From: Prorocentrum cordatum
Lineage: Eukaryota
Length of the DNA stretch: 64,000 nucleotides
Reading direction: 5' to 3'
Assembly: GCA_963575745.1 (NCBI GenBank)
Contig: CAUYUJ010000181.1
Coordinates: 1 to 64,000 of the forward strand
This document shows positions 1 to 12,850 of the stretch, piece by piece; within the stretch, counting starts at the first letter, position 1, and the number at the start of each line of letters is the position of its first letter. A program made the translations under genes and the position numbers. Under the pieces are notes generated by a model that saw only the letters and a program-made list of their open reading frames with translations, did not search any database and was not told where the DNA came from.

Positions 1-90
1 CCCCTCCTCCTCCTCCTCCTCCTCCTCCTCCTCCTGCTCCTCCTCGTATTCCTCCTCCTCCTCCTCCTCCTCCTCCTCCTCCGCCTCCTC
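1..90. repeat. (CCT)n microsatellite
   Basis: Directly visible. Confidence 0.95.
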
Positions 91-211
91 ACCCAAACCT
101 ACTCCAGCGGGGCGTGGAAGCTGACCCGCGCGGAGGTCAAGACGACACAGGAGTAACGGCAGCCCAAGACAGCGCTGAGAGAGCCCCCGACCGGACCCCA
201 GGCCTCCATGC

Positions 212-779
212 TGTTGTTGATGTTGATGATGATGATGATGATGATGATGATGCTGAGGGTGGTGGTACTGAGAATGATGTTGATGTTGAAGACGATGCTG
301 ATGCTGATGGTGATGCTTACGAGGATATGGTGGTGATAACGACGATGAGTATGAGGATGGTGGTGGTGATGCTGCTGCTGCTGATGATGGTGAGGATGAT
401 GACGATGCTGGTGATGGTGCTGTTACTGATGATGATAACGATGACGATGACACTGATGATGATACTGGTGAGGATGATGTTGCTGGTGCTGGTCATGCTG
501 AGCATGGTGAATAAGATGAGTATGATGGTGATGCTGCTGCTGCTGATGATTGAGATGGTACGGCTGGTGACGGTGTTGAGAGTGAGGGTGATGATGAAGA
601 TGACTATAGATTTAATTATGTGGGGAAGGCGATGGTGATGCTGCCGATGCTGATGATGATGGTGATGATGATGATGATGATGATGCTGATGGCGATGGTT
701 GTGGTGATGATGATGGTGATCGTGAGGCTGATGATGCTGAGGATGCTGACGATGCTGCTGCTGCTTGTGAAGGTGGTGG

Positions 780-814
<35 letters not shown>

Positions 815-842
815 CTGGTGATGCTGATGATGATGAAGAAGA
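212..842. repeat. Degenerate (GAT/GCT/GGT)n trinucleotide tract
   Basis: Directly visible; produces the poly-M/H/D ORFs. Confidence 0.9.
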
Positions 843-1031
843 AGTCTGCAGCCCAGCTTCGAGAAAATGCTGGGCGAGCCCGATACCATAGTCACGAGTG
901 AGAAGTACGCTCAGGATTCAACAAGAACTGTCATCGTCATCGTCACTCATTCCCCCCTCCCTCATCCCTTCACCTCTTCCCTCCCCCGACGAGGAGCGAC
1001 GCTGGTGCTCAAGGGAAGGCAACCCTCCCCC

Positions 1032-1146
1032 GAGGAGGAGGAGGAGGAGGAGGAGGAGGAGGAGGAGGAGGAGGAGGAGGGGGAGGAGGAGGAGGAGGAG
1101 GGGGAGGAGGAAAAGGAGGAGGAGGAGGAGGAGGAGGAGGAGGAGG
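1032..1146. repeat. (GAG)n microsatellite; similar tracts at ~5802-5917, 20402-20464, 20878-20985, 43986-44050, 45165-45305, 55770-55890, 61340-61470
   Basis: Directly visible. Confidence 0.95.
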
Positions 1147-1521
1147 GTGGAGACGACGCGAACGAGAGCCTTGGCAGTGCGCCAGCCGGGGTCGGCGCGC
1201 GCTCGCGAGCGCCCGCGCGATGCTCGGCACGGACCACATGTTGCGGCAAGGAACGTCTGAAGCGCGATGCCCGCTGAGCTATCCTCCGGGCCTCAAGAGA
1301 GATTGCCAGAAATTTCTCGCCCCTCAGGGCCTCAAGAGGAGATCCCAATCTTCAACACACTCAATTTTTTCAGTTCCCATAACCGTCCAACGGATCCCTT
1401 CTCCCATGCTCTCGGATGCCCGCGCGGCGCGTGGCAACACATCGGCCCTGGGGCCAAGGGGGGGGGACTCTCAGGAGGAGCCGGAAGCCTCGGTAGAAAC
1501 ATCCTCAGAAGGCAGTCGAGT

Positions 1522-2294
1522 TGGTTGTTGTTGAACATTATTACTTCTAAAGAATAATTATTGTTGGGGCCCCTGGTGCATGGCCCCCCCGCCGCGCCTA
1601 GGCCGCAGCCTCATTTTCATCACTTTCGTGAGGAAGTCTCAGGTAAAACGATGTCATCCAGATCCGGTTGTGTTGTTACGATCGGTTTTCCCTTGCGAAA
1701 AATAAGCTAAAGTGGACATTTCTTGTCTAACATAACCAAACTTCAAGAATCCCTTGCAAAAAATATGGTAAAGTGGACATTCGCGCGCGCAAAACGAAAT
1801 CCTTCCAAAACCTTAGTTTTCGTAGCGATTTTAACATAGAAGCATCAAAAAACCAATGGTTTTTTCAAAAAAAGATTGTCAAAATTTCATCCCGCGCGCT
1901 CTTGCGGATTCGTAGGAAACCCAACACTTTTTAATCATTTCTGTCAAACGGGCTTTTGCGAGCAACTTTTTCGAACTTCTGCAACAACGGTTGCGCACCT
2001 GCCAGGGCCATCATCCCTGTCAAATAATACCATGCGGGACACATTCGTTTTTTCTTCGCGCGCGCACGCCGTCGTCGTCGGCCGCGGGGCCCTGAATAGT
2101 AGCCACGGTCGTCCGCATGCCACGAAGTGAAGTGTCCGAACGTCATAGGGCGGGAAGCTGGGTGTGGGTGGTGGCGAAGAGTCGTTTGGAAATTTGGTAG
2201 AGCTTGAACCGGCCCCCCCACAAAGTGGGGGTATTGCCCGCCTCCTATGAAAACCCTGGCACTGGTGAGAACGGAGTGTCCCCACGTGCTAGTA

Positions 2295-2348
<54 letters not shown>

Positions 2349-4295
2349 GAATATTATTACTTCTAAAGAATAATTATTGTTGGGCCCCCTGGTGCACGCC
2401 CCCCTCGCCGCCTAGGCCGCAGCCACATTTTCATCATTTTCGTGAGGAAGTCTCAGGCAAAACGGGGGATCCGATCCGGTTGTTTTGTTGACGCCCGCTT
2501 TCCCTTGCAAAAAACAATATAAAATGACATTTCTTGTTCTAACATAACCAAACTTCAAGAATCCTTTGCAAAAAATGAAGGTAAAGTGGACACTCGCGCG
2601 CGCAAGACGAAATCCTTCCAAAACCTTAGTGTTCGTAGCGATTTTAACATAAAAACATCAAAAAACCAATGGTTTTTCAAAAAAAAGTGTCAAAATTTCA
2701 TCCCGCGCGCTCTTGCGGATTTGTAGGAAACCCAACACTTTTTAAACATTTCTGTCAAACGGGCTTTTGCGAGCAACTTTTTCACGTGCTTCGAACTTCT
2801 CCAACAACGGTTGCGCACCTGCCAGGGCCATCATCCCTGTCAAATAATACCATGCGGGACACATTCGTTTTTTCTTCGCGCGCGCACGCCGAAATCTTCA
2901 AAAACCATTGGGTTTCTCAGGAATTTTAGCACCGCGCAACATACAATCATACGAATCGCACCGTAGGTCCTCGAAAAACATCTGTACGAATTTTCAAAAT
3001 TTCTACCCGCGCGCGCTGTCCGAATCCTAAAAAACCAATGGTTTTTCAACATTTATGTTACATGAGCTCGCGCGAGCTACTTTCGCATCAGACGCTAGCG
3101 CCTCACCAGCCAAAGCAGTCCATATCATTGTAGGACCTACAGACAGTACCGGCGTCGTACTGGTTTACCGTGGTTTCCTATTCTAACGTCAGGAACACGT
3201 TGCCACCAAAAACCAGTACAGGTGTCCAGTGTTGGAACAGGGGGAAAAGTCGTATACTAAGCTAGCGTCCAGAAAATGTTACCACAACAAGTCACTGCAC
3301 CCATGCACCAGTGTAGTAGCCACGGTCGTCCGCAGGCCACGAAGTGAAGTGTCCGAACGTCATAGGGCGGGAAGCTGGGTGTGGGTGGTGGCGAAGAGTC
3401 GTTTGGAAATGTGGTAGAGCTTGAACCGGCCCCCCCACAAAGTGGGGGTATTGGCGGGCGTCGTATGAAAACCCTGGCACTGGTGAGAACGGAGTGTCCC
3501 CACGTGCTAGTAATTGTTGTTGTTGTTGTTGTTGAACATTATTTATTCTAAAGAATAATTATTGTTGGGCCCCCTGGTGCGCGCCCCCCCTGCGCCGCCT
3601 AGGCCGCAGCTACATTTTCATCATTTTCGTGAGGAAGCCTCAGAAAAGAGGGTGTGTACAGGATCCGGTTGTTTTGTTGTAATCCGCTTTCCCTTGCAAA
3701 AAACAATAGAAAATGACATTTCTTGTTCTAATATAATCAAATTTCAAGAATCCCTTGCAAAAAATAAGGTAAAGTGGACACTCGCGCGCGCAAGACGAAA
3801 TCCTTCCAAAACCTTAGTGTTCGCGACGATTTTAACATAAAAACATCAAAAAACCAATGGTTTTTTCAACAAAAAAATGTCAAAATCTCATCCCGCGCGC
3901 TCTTGCGGATTCGTAGGAAACCCAACACTTTTTAAACATTTCTGTCAAACGGGCTTTTGCGAGCAACTTTTTCGAACTTCTGCAACAACGGTTGCGCACC
4001 TGCCAGGGCCATCATCCCTGTCAAATAATACCATGCGGGACACATTCGTTTTTTCTTCGCGCGCGCACGCCGTCGTCGTCGGCCGCGGGGCCCTGAATAG
4101 TAGCCACGGTCGTCCGCATGCCACGAAGTGAAGTGTCCGAACGTCATAGGGCGGGAAGCTGGGTGTGGGTGGTGGCGAAGAGTCGTTTGGAAATTTGGTA
4201 GAGCTTGAACCGGCCCCCCCACAAAGTGGGGGTATTGCCCGCCTCCTATGAAAACCCTGGCACTGGTGAGAACGGAGTGTCCCCACGTGCTAGTA

Positions 4296-4352
<57 letters not shown>

Positions 4353-5109
4353 GAACATTATTTCTTCTAAAGAATAATTATTGTTGGGCCCCTGGTGCGC
4401 GACCCCCCCGCCGCGCCTAGGCCGCAGCCACGTTTTCATCATTTTCGTGAGGAAGTCTCAGGCAAAACGGGTTGGTCCGGATCCGGTTGTGTTGTTACGA
4501 TCGGTTTTCCCTTGCAAAAAATAAGCTAAAGTTGACATTTCTTGTTCTAACATAACCAAACTTCAAGAATCCCTTGCAAAAAATAAGGTAAAGTGGACAT
4601 TCGCGCGCGCAAGACGAAATCCTTCCAAAACCTTAGTTTCGTAGCGATTTTAACATAAAAACATCAAAAAACCAATGGTTTTTCAAAAAAAATGTCAAAA
4701 TTCATCCCGCGCGCTCTTGCGGATTCGTAGGAAACCCAACACTTTTTAAACATTTCTGTCAAACGGGCTTTTGCGAGCAACTTTTTCGAACTTCTGCAAC
4801 AACGGTTGCGCACCTGCCAGGGCCATCATCCCTGTCAAATAATACCATGCGGGACACATTCGTTTTTTCTTCGCGCGCGCACGCCGTCGTCGTCGGCCGC
4901 GGGGCCCTGAATAGTAGCCACGGTCGTCCGCATGCCACGAAGTGAAGTGTCCGAACGTCATAGGGCGGGAAGCTGGGTGTGGGTGGTGGCGAAGAGTCGT
5001 TTGGAAATTTGGTAGAGCTTGAACCGGCCCCCCCACAAAGTGGGGGTATTGCCCGCCTCCTATGAAAACCCTGGCACTGGTGAGAACGGAGTGTCCCCAC
5101 GTGCTAGTA

Positions 5110-5178
<69 letters not shown>

Positions 5179-5179
5179 G
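1522..5179. mobile_element. Head-to-tail array of four ~760-bp non-coding units separated by (TTG)n; unit 2 is a longer variant
   Basis: Units at ~1533-2294, 2349-3513, 3534-4296 and 4353-5110. Each starts AA(C/T)ATTATT..TTCTAAAGAATAATTATTGTT and ends GGAGTGTCCCCACGTGCTAGTAA(TTG)n. Confidence 0.85.
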
Positions 5180-7029
5180 CTCTCTCTCTCTCTCTCCTGT
5201 TTCCATGCCTGTTGTTCTCTCTCTCTCTCTCGCTCTCCCTCTCGCTTTCGCAAGACAGCCGCCTCGGCCATATGTCTAGATTTGTTTATTGTTTCTGTTA
5301 TTTGCTTTCTCCCTCGCTCTCTCTTTTTCGCAAGACTGCCGCCTCGCCCATCTGGGCCTCGCGGCTTCCTCCCAGCGGACTAGGGCAGACGGTTCGCAAA
5401 CTACCTTATGATGCGGACCTCGGACCCCGAGCCCTCCGCCCGCCTCGGATGCGCCGAAGAGGGATGCCAGGAAGTAGAGGCCTCCTAGAGGGGCTCCGAG
5501 CAGAGGGGGTCGGAGAATCCCGCCGCGTCGCCGATACATCGGCGATGTACTGGCGACGTCGGCGGTGCATCGGGGACCTCGGCGTGGGGAAACTTGGGCC
5601 CCACATCGAGCCGCGTCGCCGATGCCTCGCCGACGCACCGGCGATGCATCGGCGATGCGGCGCGAGACCTCCGACCCCAGCTGCTCCGACCCCATCCGGG
5701 AGGCATGGAGCAAGAGGGGGGGGGAGGGGGCGCAGCATGACCCGAGGCACGTGCGCGGACGAAAGGGGGGGCCCAGTGGCGTGGCTCTTGAAGGAACAGG
5801 CCTCCTCCTCCTCCTCCTCCTCCTCCTCCTCCTCCTCCCTCCTCCTCCTCCTCCCCCCTCCTCCCCCTCCTCCTCCTCCTCCTCCTCCTCCTCCTCCTCC
5901 TCCTCCTCCTCCTCCTCGGGGCCCTGACATCTGGAAGATGTCATGGCCATGGCCATGATGACATCCACACCCCCTGCAGTGGGGGCTCGCCCACAGGAGA
6001 CCATCCACAAGACGCCCAACCCTGAGACCCCAGGACGTCCATTGATTCTTGCTGCCGCGGGAAGATCACGCTCTCCATCGCAAAACCATCGAAACCCGGG
6101 GCACCCTGGAAGCAGGCAGGGTGTCTCTTGGCATGGGTCTCCACTGCAATCTCGGAGCGGAGCGAGCTGGGATGGTGGCGGCTCGGACTCGGTCCCCAGA
6201 GCCTCCGGGGGTCCGACCACACACACGTGTTCCGAGCTGCGTCCAGCCGTGGGCGGCGACGGGAGGGGAGTCTCTCGGAGGCCAGGCACCGTGGCCCCAG
6301 CTCTCCTCCGATGGCCATGCCCCCCCCCTTGTAGGAGCCCGCGACTGACAGCCGCCCCCCTCGCCCTTGCCCCTCCCCTGCGCGCGCGAAGGGGGCGTCA
6401 TCGTTGGCGTCGGCGGCGTCGGCGTCGTCGTCGGCGTCGGCGTCGTCGGCGTCGTCGTCGTCGTCGTCGTCGTCGATGGCCGCCCGCCTTTGACGGCGGG
6501 GCGCCCTGGGCGGCGCACCCGGTGGAGCGCACCAGCGCCGCGCGCGGCCGCGCGCGCGCGCATGGCGGCGGGCGGGGCCGTAGCTCGAGCTGGGTCTGCG
6601 TCGCCATCGTTGAAGACGTACTCCTCTTCTGCAGAGGAGCGATTGCTGGCACAGTCAACCCGTATAGCAAGGACGCGCGATGAGGATGCAAGGGGCTTGG
6701 ACGCCCATTTCGAAGCTCTTCGAGCGGGGCGAACCCGTCCAGTAAGGATGCGCGATAAGGATGCAAGGGCCTTGGGCGCCCCCACTTCGAAGCTGCTCGA
6801 GCGGGGCGCGGCCGACGAGAGTGGCCAAGAGTGGACCGAGGCGGCAAGGATGCAAGGGTGCCCTTGGGAAGGGTGCCCATCTTTACTATGCGGGCTGGCT
6901 GTAACGATTGCTGGTCTGTGGAGACGGTTGTGGGCGTTCTCGTCTCGACGCTGGCTACATGTTCTATGGCATCGAGGATCCGACTCGAACGCGGGCCTGC
7001 TTCCCCACCTGGCCCGCGGAGGGCCCTGC

Positions 7030-7250
7030 TGCGACGGCAACGGCTCCCGCCGAATCCCTACCCAGAACTTACTCCGAGACGCCTTGGCCAGTGAGGCCAC
7101 CAAACTCAGGGACGGCGCTCTGGCTGGATACGACCTCGCAAATCAGTCAATTTGGCGAAGGCCCAAATACGACGACAACGGCTCCCGTTCGATGCTTCCC
7201 AGCGATTGACTCCGAGGCGCCCTGGTCAGAAGACGCCTCCGCTCTAAGTA
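7030..7250. repeat. Degenerate ~135-bp repeat family; more copies at 14340-14770
   Basis: Shared motifs CGACGACAACGGCTCCCG and ACTCCGAG(A/G)CGCC(T/C)TGG. Confidence 0.6.
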
Positions 7251-7389
7251 ATGGCACTCTCGCCTGGGATTTCCTCGACAACAAATCCCACCAGCCTTTT
7301 GGGCTCAGGTGGTCCAAAAAACCTCTCTCCTTTGTGGAGGGTTACTCTCCCACTTCCCACCCTGATGTTTTTGGGGCGGGCCCCGATCG

Positions 7390-7940
7390 GTCACGGCGCC
7401 CAAAAATGGTTCCAAGAGGGCCTCCGATGCTCCAAGATGGCCTCCAAAGCGGCTCAAGATAGCTTCCGACATGCCTCCAAGAGGCCCGACGAGGGCCGCA
7501 AGACTGCTCTGAGCCCCCTCCTCAGGACTCCCCAAGAGGCACGACTCGTTCTTGTAAAACCCTAGGGAACATCAATGAATTGCACCTTCTCGCCGTTCTG
7601 CTTCCGGTGCGCCGTTGATGCCCGAAGAAGGCCCCAGGATGGCCCAACAGAGCCCCAAGATGGGCCCAAGCAGCCCCCAAGACGGACCCAAGAGCGCCCA
7701 AGAGCGTTCCAAGAAACGGTGTTGATGGCCTCCCGCGGGGGGGGGGGGCAACTCGAAGGCCCCCCCTCCTTTGACCGGTAGCCGACAAGATTGTCTCTGG
7801 AGGCCCCCCAGGGCCCACAAGAGGCCCTCAAGAGAGTCCCATGACGGCCCCCTCCAAGTCATCCGAATGAGACCCACGAGGATACAACTATCCTCTAGAA
7901 AAGCCCCAATAAGGCTCCAAGAGGCGATTCTAAGGACTCT
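7390..7940. repeat. CCAAGA(TG)GCC-rich dispersed repeat; related copy at ~42540-42860
   Basis: Recurrent CCAAGATGG/CCAAGAGGCCC motifs. Confidence 0.6.
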
Positions 7941-8569
7941 GTCCTCGTCCTCGTTGTCCTTCTCCTCCTCCTCCTCGTCCTCGTCCTTGCCCTCATCGTC
8001 TTCCGTTTCCTTTTTTACCCTCTTCCTCGTAGTCGTGGTCGTCGTGGTCGTCATCGTCGTCTTCTTCCTCCTCCTCCTCCTCAGCCTCCTCCTCATTTTT
8101 CTCCTCCTCCTGGCCTTGCCCCCACGCAGACCCCAAGGATGGTCCGAAGAGGCCCTCCAAGACTATTCCCTTGCTCCAGAAACCTGTCTTGTCACCGTGC
8201 TTGCCCTCGCTGTTTCACTATATGTGTCGCTTCGTCCCTTTTCCTGTCAACTCGCATTGGCAGGGTTTCTGAATGGGCTAGTGGCGTTCCTTTTGTTTTA
8301 CAGCCGCAGGCGGAGGCGCCAGCGGCGAGCGGTGGCTAGTGGCGATACGCGAAGCGAGACGAATTGGGTCGGTCAAAACCCAAACTACTATACATCACTT
8401 TCGCTACATGAGTACTTCGCCAGGCAATGCTGCTGCTGCGCTGTAAGCGCCACAAAAGATAATGATTCCTAGCGGGCACGCTGCAGCCACGACATGGCCT
8501 GAGACCCGGCAGATTATGTCAACCCAGTGGGGTAACATGCATACCAGGATGGAGTTTGCACAGAAAGCG

Positions 8570-11400
8570 CGCTGGTTGGGAAGGATGTCGGGGCTAGGAG
8601 ACATGTAACAACAAAACCGCCTGGGCTGGAACTGGTTTTGGGGCTAGGACGGACTTTACATAGAAAAGTCGTGGACTGAAAAAAGTAATGTGGTTAGGCA
8701 AGGTTTGAAACAAAACGCGCTTTGGTTGAGAAACTTTTGGTGCTAGGGGCGAGCTTATACGGAGAAATCATGGCGTGGGGCGGATGTTGGTGATAGGGAG
8801 AGTCTAACAATGACAACGCGTGGACTGGGACGGGTTTTGGAACCAGGCATGACTCTTGACAGAAAACGCTTGGGCAAGGGAGGTCGGGGACAGGACGGGA
8901 TAAAACAGCGAAAGCGCTTTGGGTGGGCAGGATTTCGGTGCCAGGAATGACTCTTCAAAGACAACGCTTGGGTTGAGAAGGATTCTGGGGCCAGGAATGA
9001 CTTTGCAACGAAAGCGCCTGCGCTGGGACGATTTTGGGGACCAGGAAAGATTTTAAGCAGAGAGCTCTTGGGCTGGGGCGGGTTTGGGAGACAGGAAAAA
9101 CTTGGGAGGAAACAGCAACAACAACACCACCACCACAACCACCACCAACAACAACAACAACACCAACAACAACAACAACACTATCACCGACAACGGCAAC
9201 GACAACACCAACAACACCAACAACAACATCAACAACATCATCATCATCATCACCAACACCAAGCGCATGGGCTGGGAATCGTTCTGGCACCAAGACGGAT
9301 GATGCAAAGAGAAAGCCTGGCCTGGGTAGGATTTTGTTGCGAGAGAGGGTTTTAAAATGACACCGCATGGGCTGGACTAGGCTTTGGGTCTAGGATGGAG
9401 CTCGAGCTGAAAACGCATGGGCTGGGGCGGAGTTGGGGGTTAAGAAGGCTCCTTTTATCTAACAAGGAAGCGCCTGGGCTGGGAATGAGTTCGGGGCCGT
9501 GGGGGATTGCAAACCGAAAGCGCCTGGACTGAGGCGGACTTTTGACTCAGGGATGATTTTGCACAGACGACGCCTGGGCTGGACATGATTTTCGGGCCAG
9601 GGGGGAGTTTAAACAGAAGGCGCTTGGGCTGGGTGGGGTTCGGGTGAATCGAGATCGCCTGGTCTGGGAATGATTTGGGGCATCAGAAAAGTTAGCAGAG
9701 AAAGCGCATGCGGAGAGGAAGGATTTGGGGACTAAAAAATAGTTCGCGCAGAAAGCGCTCAGGCTGGAAACGGTTATTTTGGCCGGGGCGGCATTCTATT
9801 CAGAAGCTGCCAGGACTCGAAAAGAGCCTGGTGCCAGGGGGGATTTTGCACAGACGACGCCTGGGCCAGAGTGGATTTGAGGGCCACAAGGAAAGCACCC
9901 GGTCCGGGAAGGTTTTTGGGGCCAGAGAAGGGCAGCAGAAAACGATTAGCAAGGGGTGAATTTGGGACCAGGACGGGTTTTAAGACGAAAGCGCCCGGGC
10001 CAAGGCGGCTCGTGGGGTTGGGGCAACTTTCACATCGAAAACGCAAGGGCCGGGGGGAATCTTGAGCCAGGGGAGATTTTACAAAGGAAGCGCTCGGGCT
10101 GGGAAAGGCTTCTTGGCCAAGGGGGATTTCAGACCGAAGACGTTCGGGCTGGGGCGGAGTGTGGAGCCAGGAATTATCTGGAAACAGAAAACGCCCGTGC
10201 TGGGACGGATTTAGGGGTTAGGAAGGATAGCGCAGAGAAAACGCTTGGGCTGGGGGGGGATTTGGGGGCCTGAGGGGATTTCACACCGAAGCGCCTGGAC
10301 TGGGGAAGATTTGGGGGCCCAAAAGGGGTTTTACACACAATTCGCTCGGGCCTGGAAGAATTCAGGGGCCAGGGGTGGCGCACAGAAAACTCATGGGCTG
10401 GGAAGGATTTCGGGGCGGGAAGGATTTACACAGGAAGGTTTGGAAATCGAAGACGCTCGGGATGGGGATGGCTCTGGGGCCAGGAAGGGTTTGCACGCAG
10501 ACAGCGACGGGGCTGGGAAGGATTTGGAGGCTGGGGAATGGCGCTGGGAAGACGCCAGGGCTGAAGGGATTTTTAAGCCAATGCGGATTTTACGCAGGAG
10601 GCGCCAGGGCCAGGAATGATTTAGGGGCGGAGGATCCCGCAAAGAAAACGCAAGGGCTGGGAAGGATTTGGGAAATTAGGGGATTCTGTGAACCCCCTCT
10701 CGCCCCAGAGTTCCCCCCAGCCGTGGCGCTGTCTTTGCGCAGCCGCCCATGGCCCCAAAGTTCTTCCCAACTCTGTCCTCTTCTGTGCAAAATCTGTCCT
10801 GGCCACAAAAGCCCCTCCCAGCGCAATCGCCATCTGTTCGCACTCCTTCCCTCTCCCAAAAACCCGCCCCGTCCCGTGTGTCTCACGTGGGAAATCCCCC
10901 CTGGCCCCCGAATGCGCCCCGGCCCGAAGTCTTCGCGTTGAAAAGCACCCCCGGCCCCCAATTTCAGCCAGAGCGTTTTTTTCGCACCCCCCCTAACTCC
11001 AGAACCCGTTCCAGCCCAACCGCGTTCTGCGCCGAGCCCTTCCGGGCCGCGAAATCCGCCCCGGCCCCGGCGTCTTCTCTGTAAAACCCTTCCTGGCCTC
11101 AAAATCAGCCCCAGCCCGAACGTTTCCCGCGCGCAATCCTACCGAACCCCTAGAAGCATTCCCAGCCCAATTGCGCTCTATTTGAAAATCACCCCAACCC
11201 TAAGAATCCGACCCAACCCAAGCGTTTTCTGTTCCGCTCCCCCGGGTCCCTAGCACCCCCCCCAACCCCAGCGTTCTGTTCAGAATCGCCCCTGGCGCCC
11301 GCATCATGCCCTGCCTGCGAGCGTTCTGTTCGAAATCTCCCGTGGCGCCAACATCCGTTCCTGTCTCGGCGTTTTCTCTTCAAAATTCTTCCTAGCCCCA
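8570..11400. repeat. Diverged ~45-bp satellite; orientation flips at ~10690; another block at 13660-14000
   Basis: Consensus ~CAGAAAGCGCCTGGGCTGGGAAGGATTTTGGGGCCAGG on + up to ~10690, reverse complement after it; (CAA)n insert at ~9110-9260. Confidence 0.75.
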
Positions 11401-12449
11401 GAGCGAACTTCTAGATGGGATCTGTCCGGGAGTGGGCGTCCCCCCCCACTGGGCCAAGCCACTCCCCCAAGTATTTTGCTCGCCTGGAAGGATGGCGCCC
11501 CAGAGCGGGGCTGCTCGCGCCGCCCGCGCGCGACGCTCGTTGCGGCCAGACCAGAAGAGCAGCGCGAACGCTGTCGCGTGGATGTTCAGCTCGCGCCCAA
11601 GAGGCACCCCATGCTCCTCGAAGACGCCCTGGCCAGTTGCGATGCGATGCGTGGCGCGGAGGCCCGCCGGGGCCGCGCCGTCTGCGCGGCCGCGCAGGCA
11701 GGCCGACGGCGCCGGGCGCGGGATCCGACGGGGCAGGAGATCGGACGCAACTGCGAACAGGAGAATGGAGAGAGGGCAGCTATGTCGAACGCACCGTCTA
11801 CGTTCGAAGCCCGCGCGCCGAGCGACCCCGCGCTCCGCGGAGCGCGCGCTGTAAGCGCGCGGCGCGGACGGGAAATTCAACGGCCATGGGGGCCCAGCCA
11901 AGCCCCCGACAGCCCCCGAACGTCGCCTCGCGCTCCAGGGAGGGAGAGCGGCGGCGAGATCGAAGAAGAGCGCCCCGCCCTCCGCTGGCGAACGCGCCGT
12001 CGTCGCCGCGGCTTCTTCGACGCGCAAGAAGGAAGGCTTTCTCGCAGAATGCAATCTGCTAGGCCTTGGGGCCCTCGAACAAGATCGCCGCGGAAAGCAA
12101 CGGCGACATCGAAGAAGAGCGCCCCACCCTCCGACTGCGAACGCGCAAATCGTCGCCGCGGCTCCTCCGGGGTCGACGACGTTGGCCAGCGCGCCGCGCC
12201 CGGCCAGGAAGCCCCCTGGGGAGCTGGGCGACCCTCGAGCCCGCCGCGGGCTCGAGGAGATGCTGGACCGCGTTGGCGAGCAGCCGGCTGTCGGCGTTTA
12301 GAGGCCGACAGGAGGCAGGCGTGCTCTGGCTCCAAATGCCCGCCCCCGCCCCTGAGGGCGCCTTTGGGAGGGTGGAGCAACAAACTCTCGTGAAACTCAG
12401 CCCGCTCCTTCCGCGCGAGCTCGCCCTGCGGGTCGCCCGCGAGGGCCCG

Positions 12450-12850
12450 CGCGACGCCGAGCTGAAAAGCTGATGCCCAATTGGGGCCAAGGGCGGAATT
12501 GTTGGAGTTCTTGGAGTTCTTGGAATTATTCGGAATCGCGGGAAGGCGACGGCCCGGTCTTGGCCGGCGCCGGGCGGCCCCCTGAACTCAGCGCCCTCCT
12601 GCAGCCGCCCATCCAGGAGAGCGGAATCAATGCCGCGGGGGGCGAAGACTTGGCTCCGACGCTTCCGCAACCCCATCGGCCATCAACGCTGGGATGAGGA
12701 CCTGTCCGGACTTCGCTTGATCGGCGGAGAGGCCCATTGCCTTGGAGGAAGCAAAACGGCGAAGAAGGCTAAGGTTGTTATGTCGCGTCTGGGGCACAAG
12801 GCGGGAACCCGCGCTGACCAATTCGCTGTGGGAAGTCCGCAGCGCGCCCG
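12450..12850 (+). mobile_element. Decayed Ty1/copia-like RNase H (pol C-terminus) relic
   Basis: Across frames: RSW..., PELSALLQPPIQESGINAAGGEDL, SDASA...AINAG, LEEAKRRRRLRLLCRVWGTRREPALT. These resemble the copia motifs EAE.YA...E..G, DS.AA and LQE.V....I....V.G..NPAD. Confidence 0.45.

Noticed and set aside
96..155. Possible terminal exon TYSSGAWKLTRAEVKTTQE* on + (stop near 175)
   Set aside because: Too short, with no recognisable homology or upstream context.
114..1350. Poly-M/H/E/P/R ORFs, and the similar poly-LS/RE/T/I ORFs at 27-30 kb, 37.5-38.4 kb, 51.3 kb and 63.0 kb
   Set aside because: These are translations of microsatellites.
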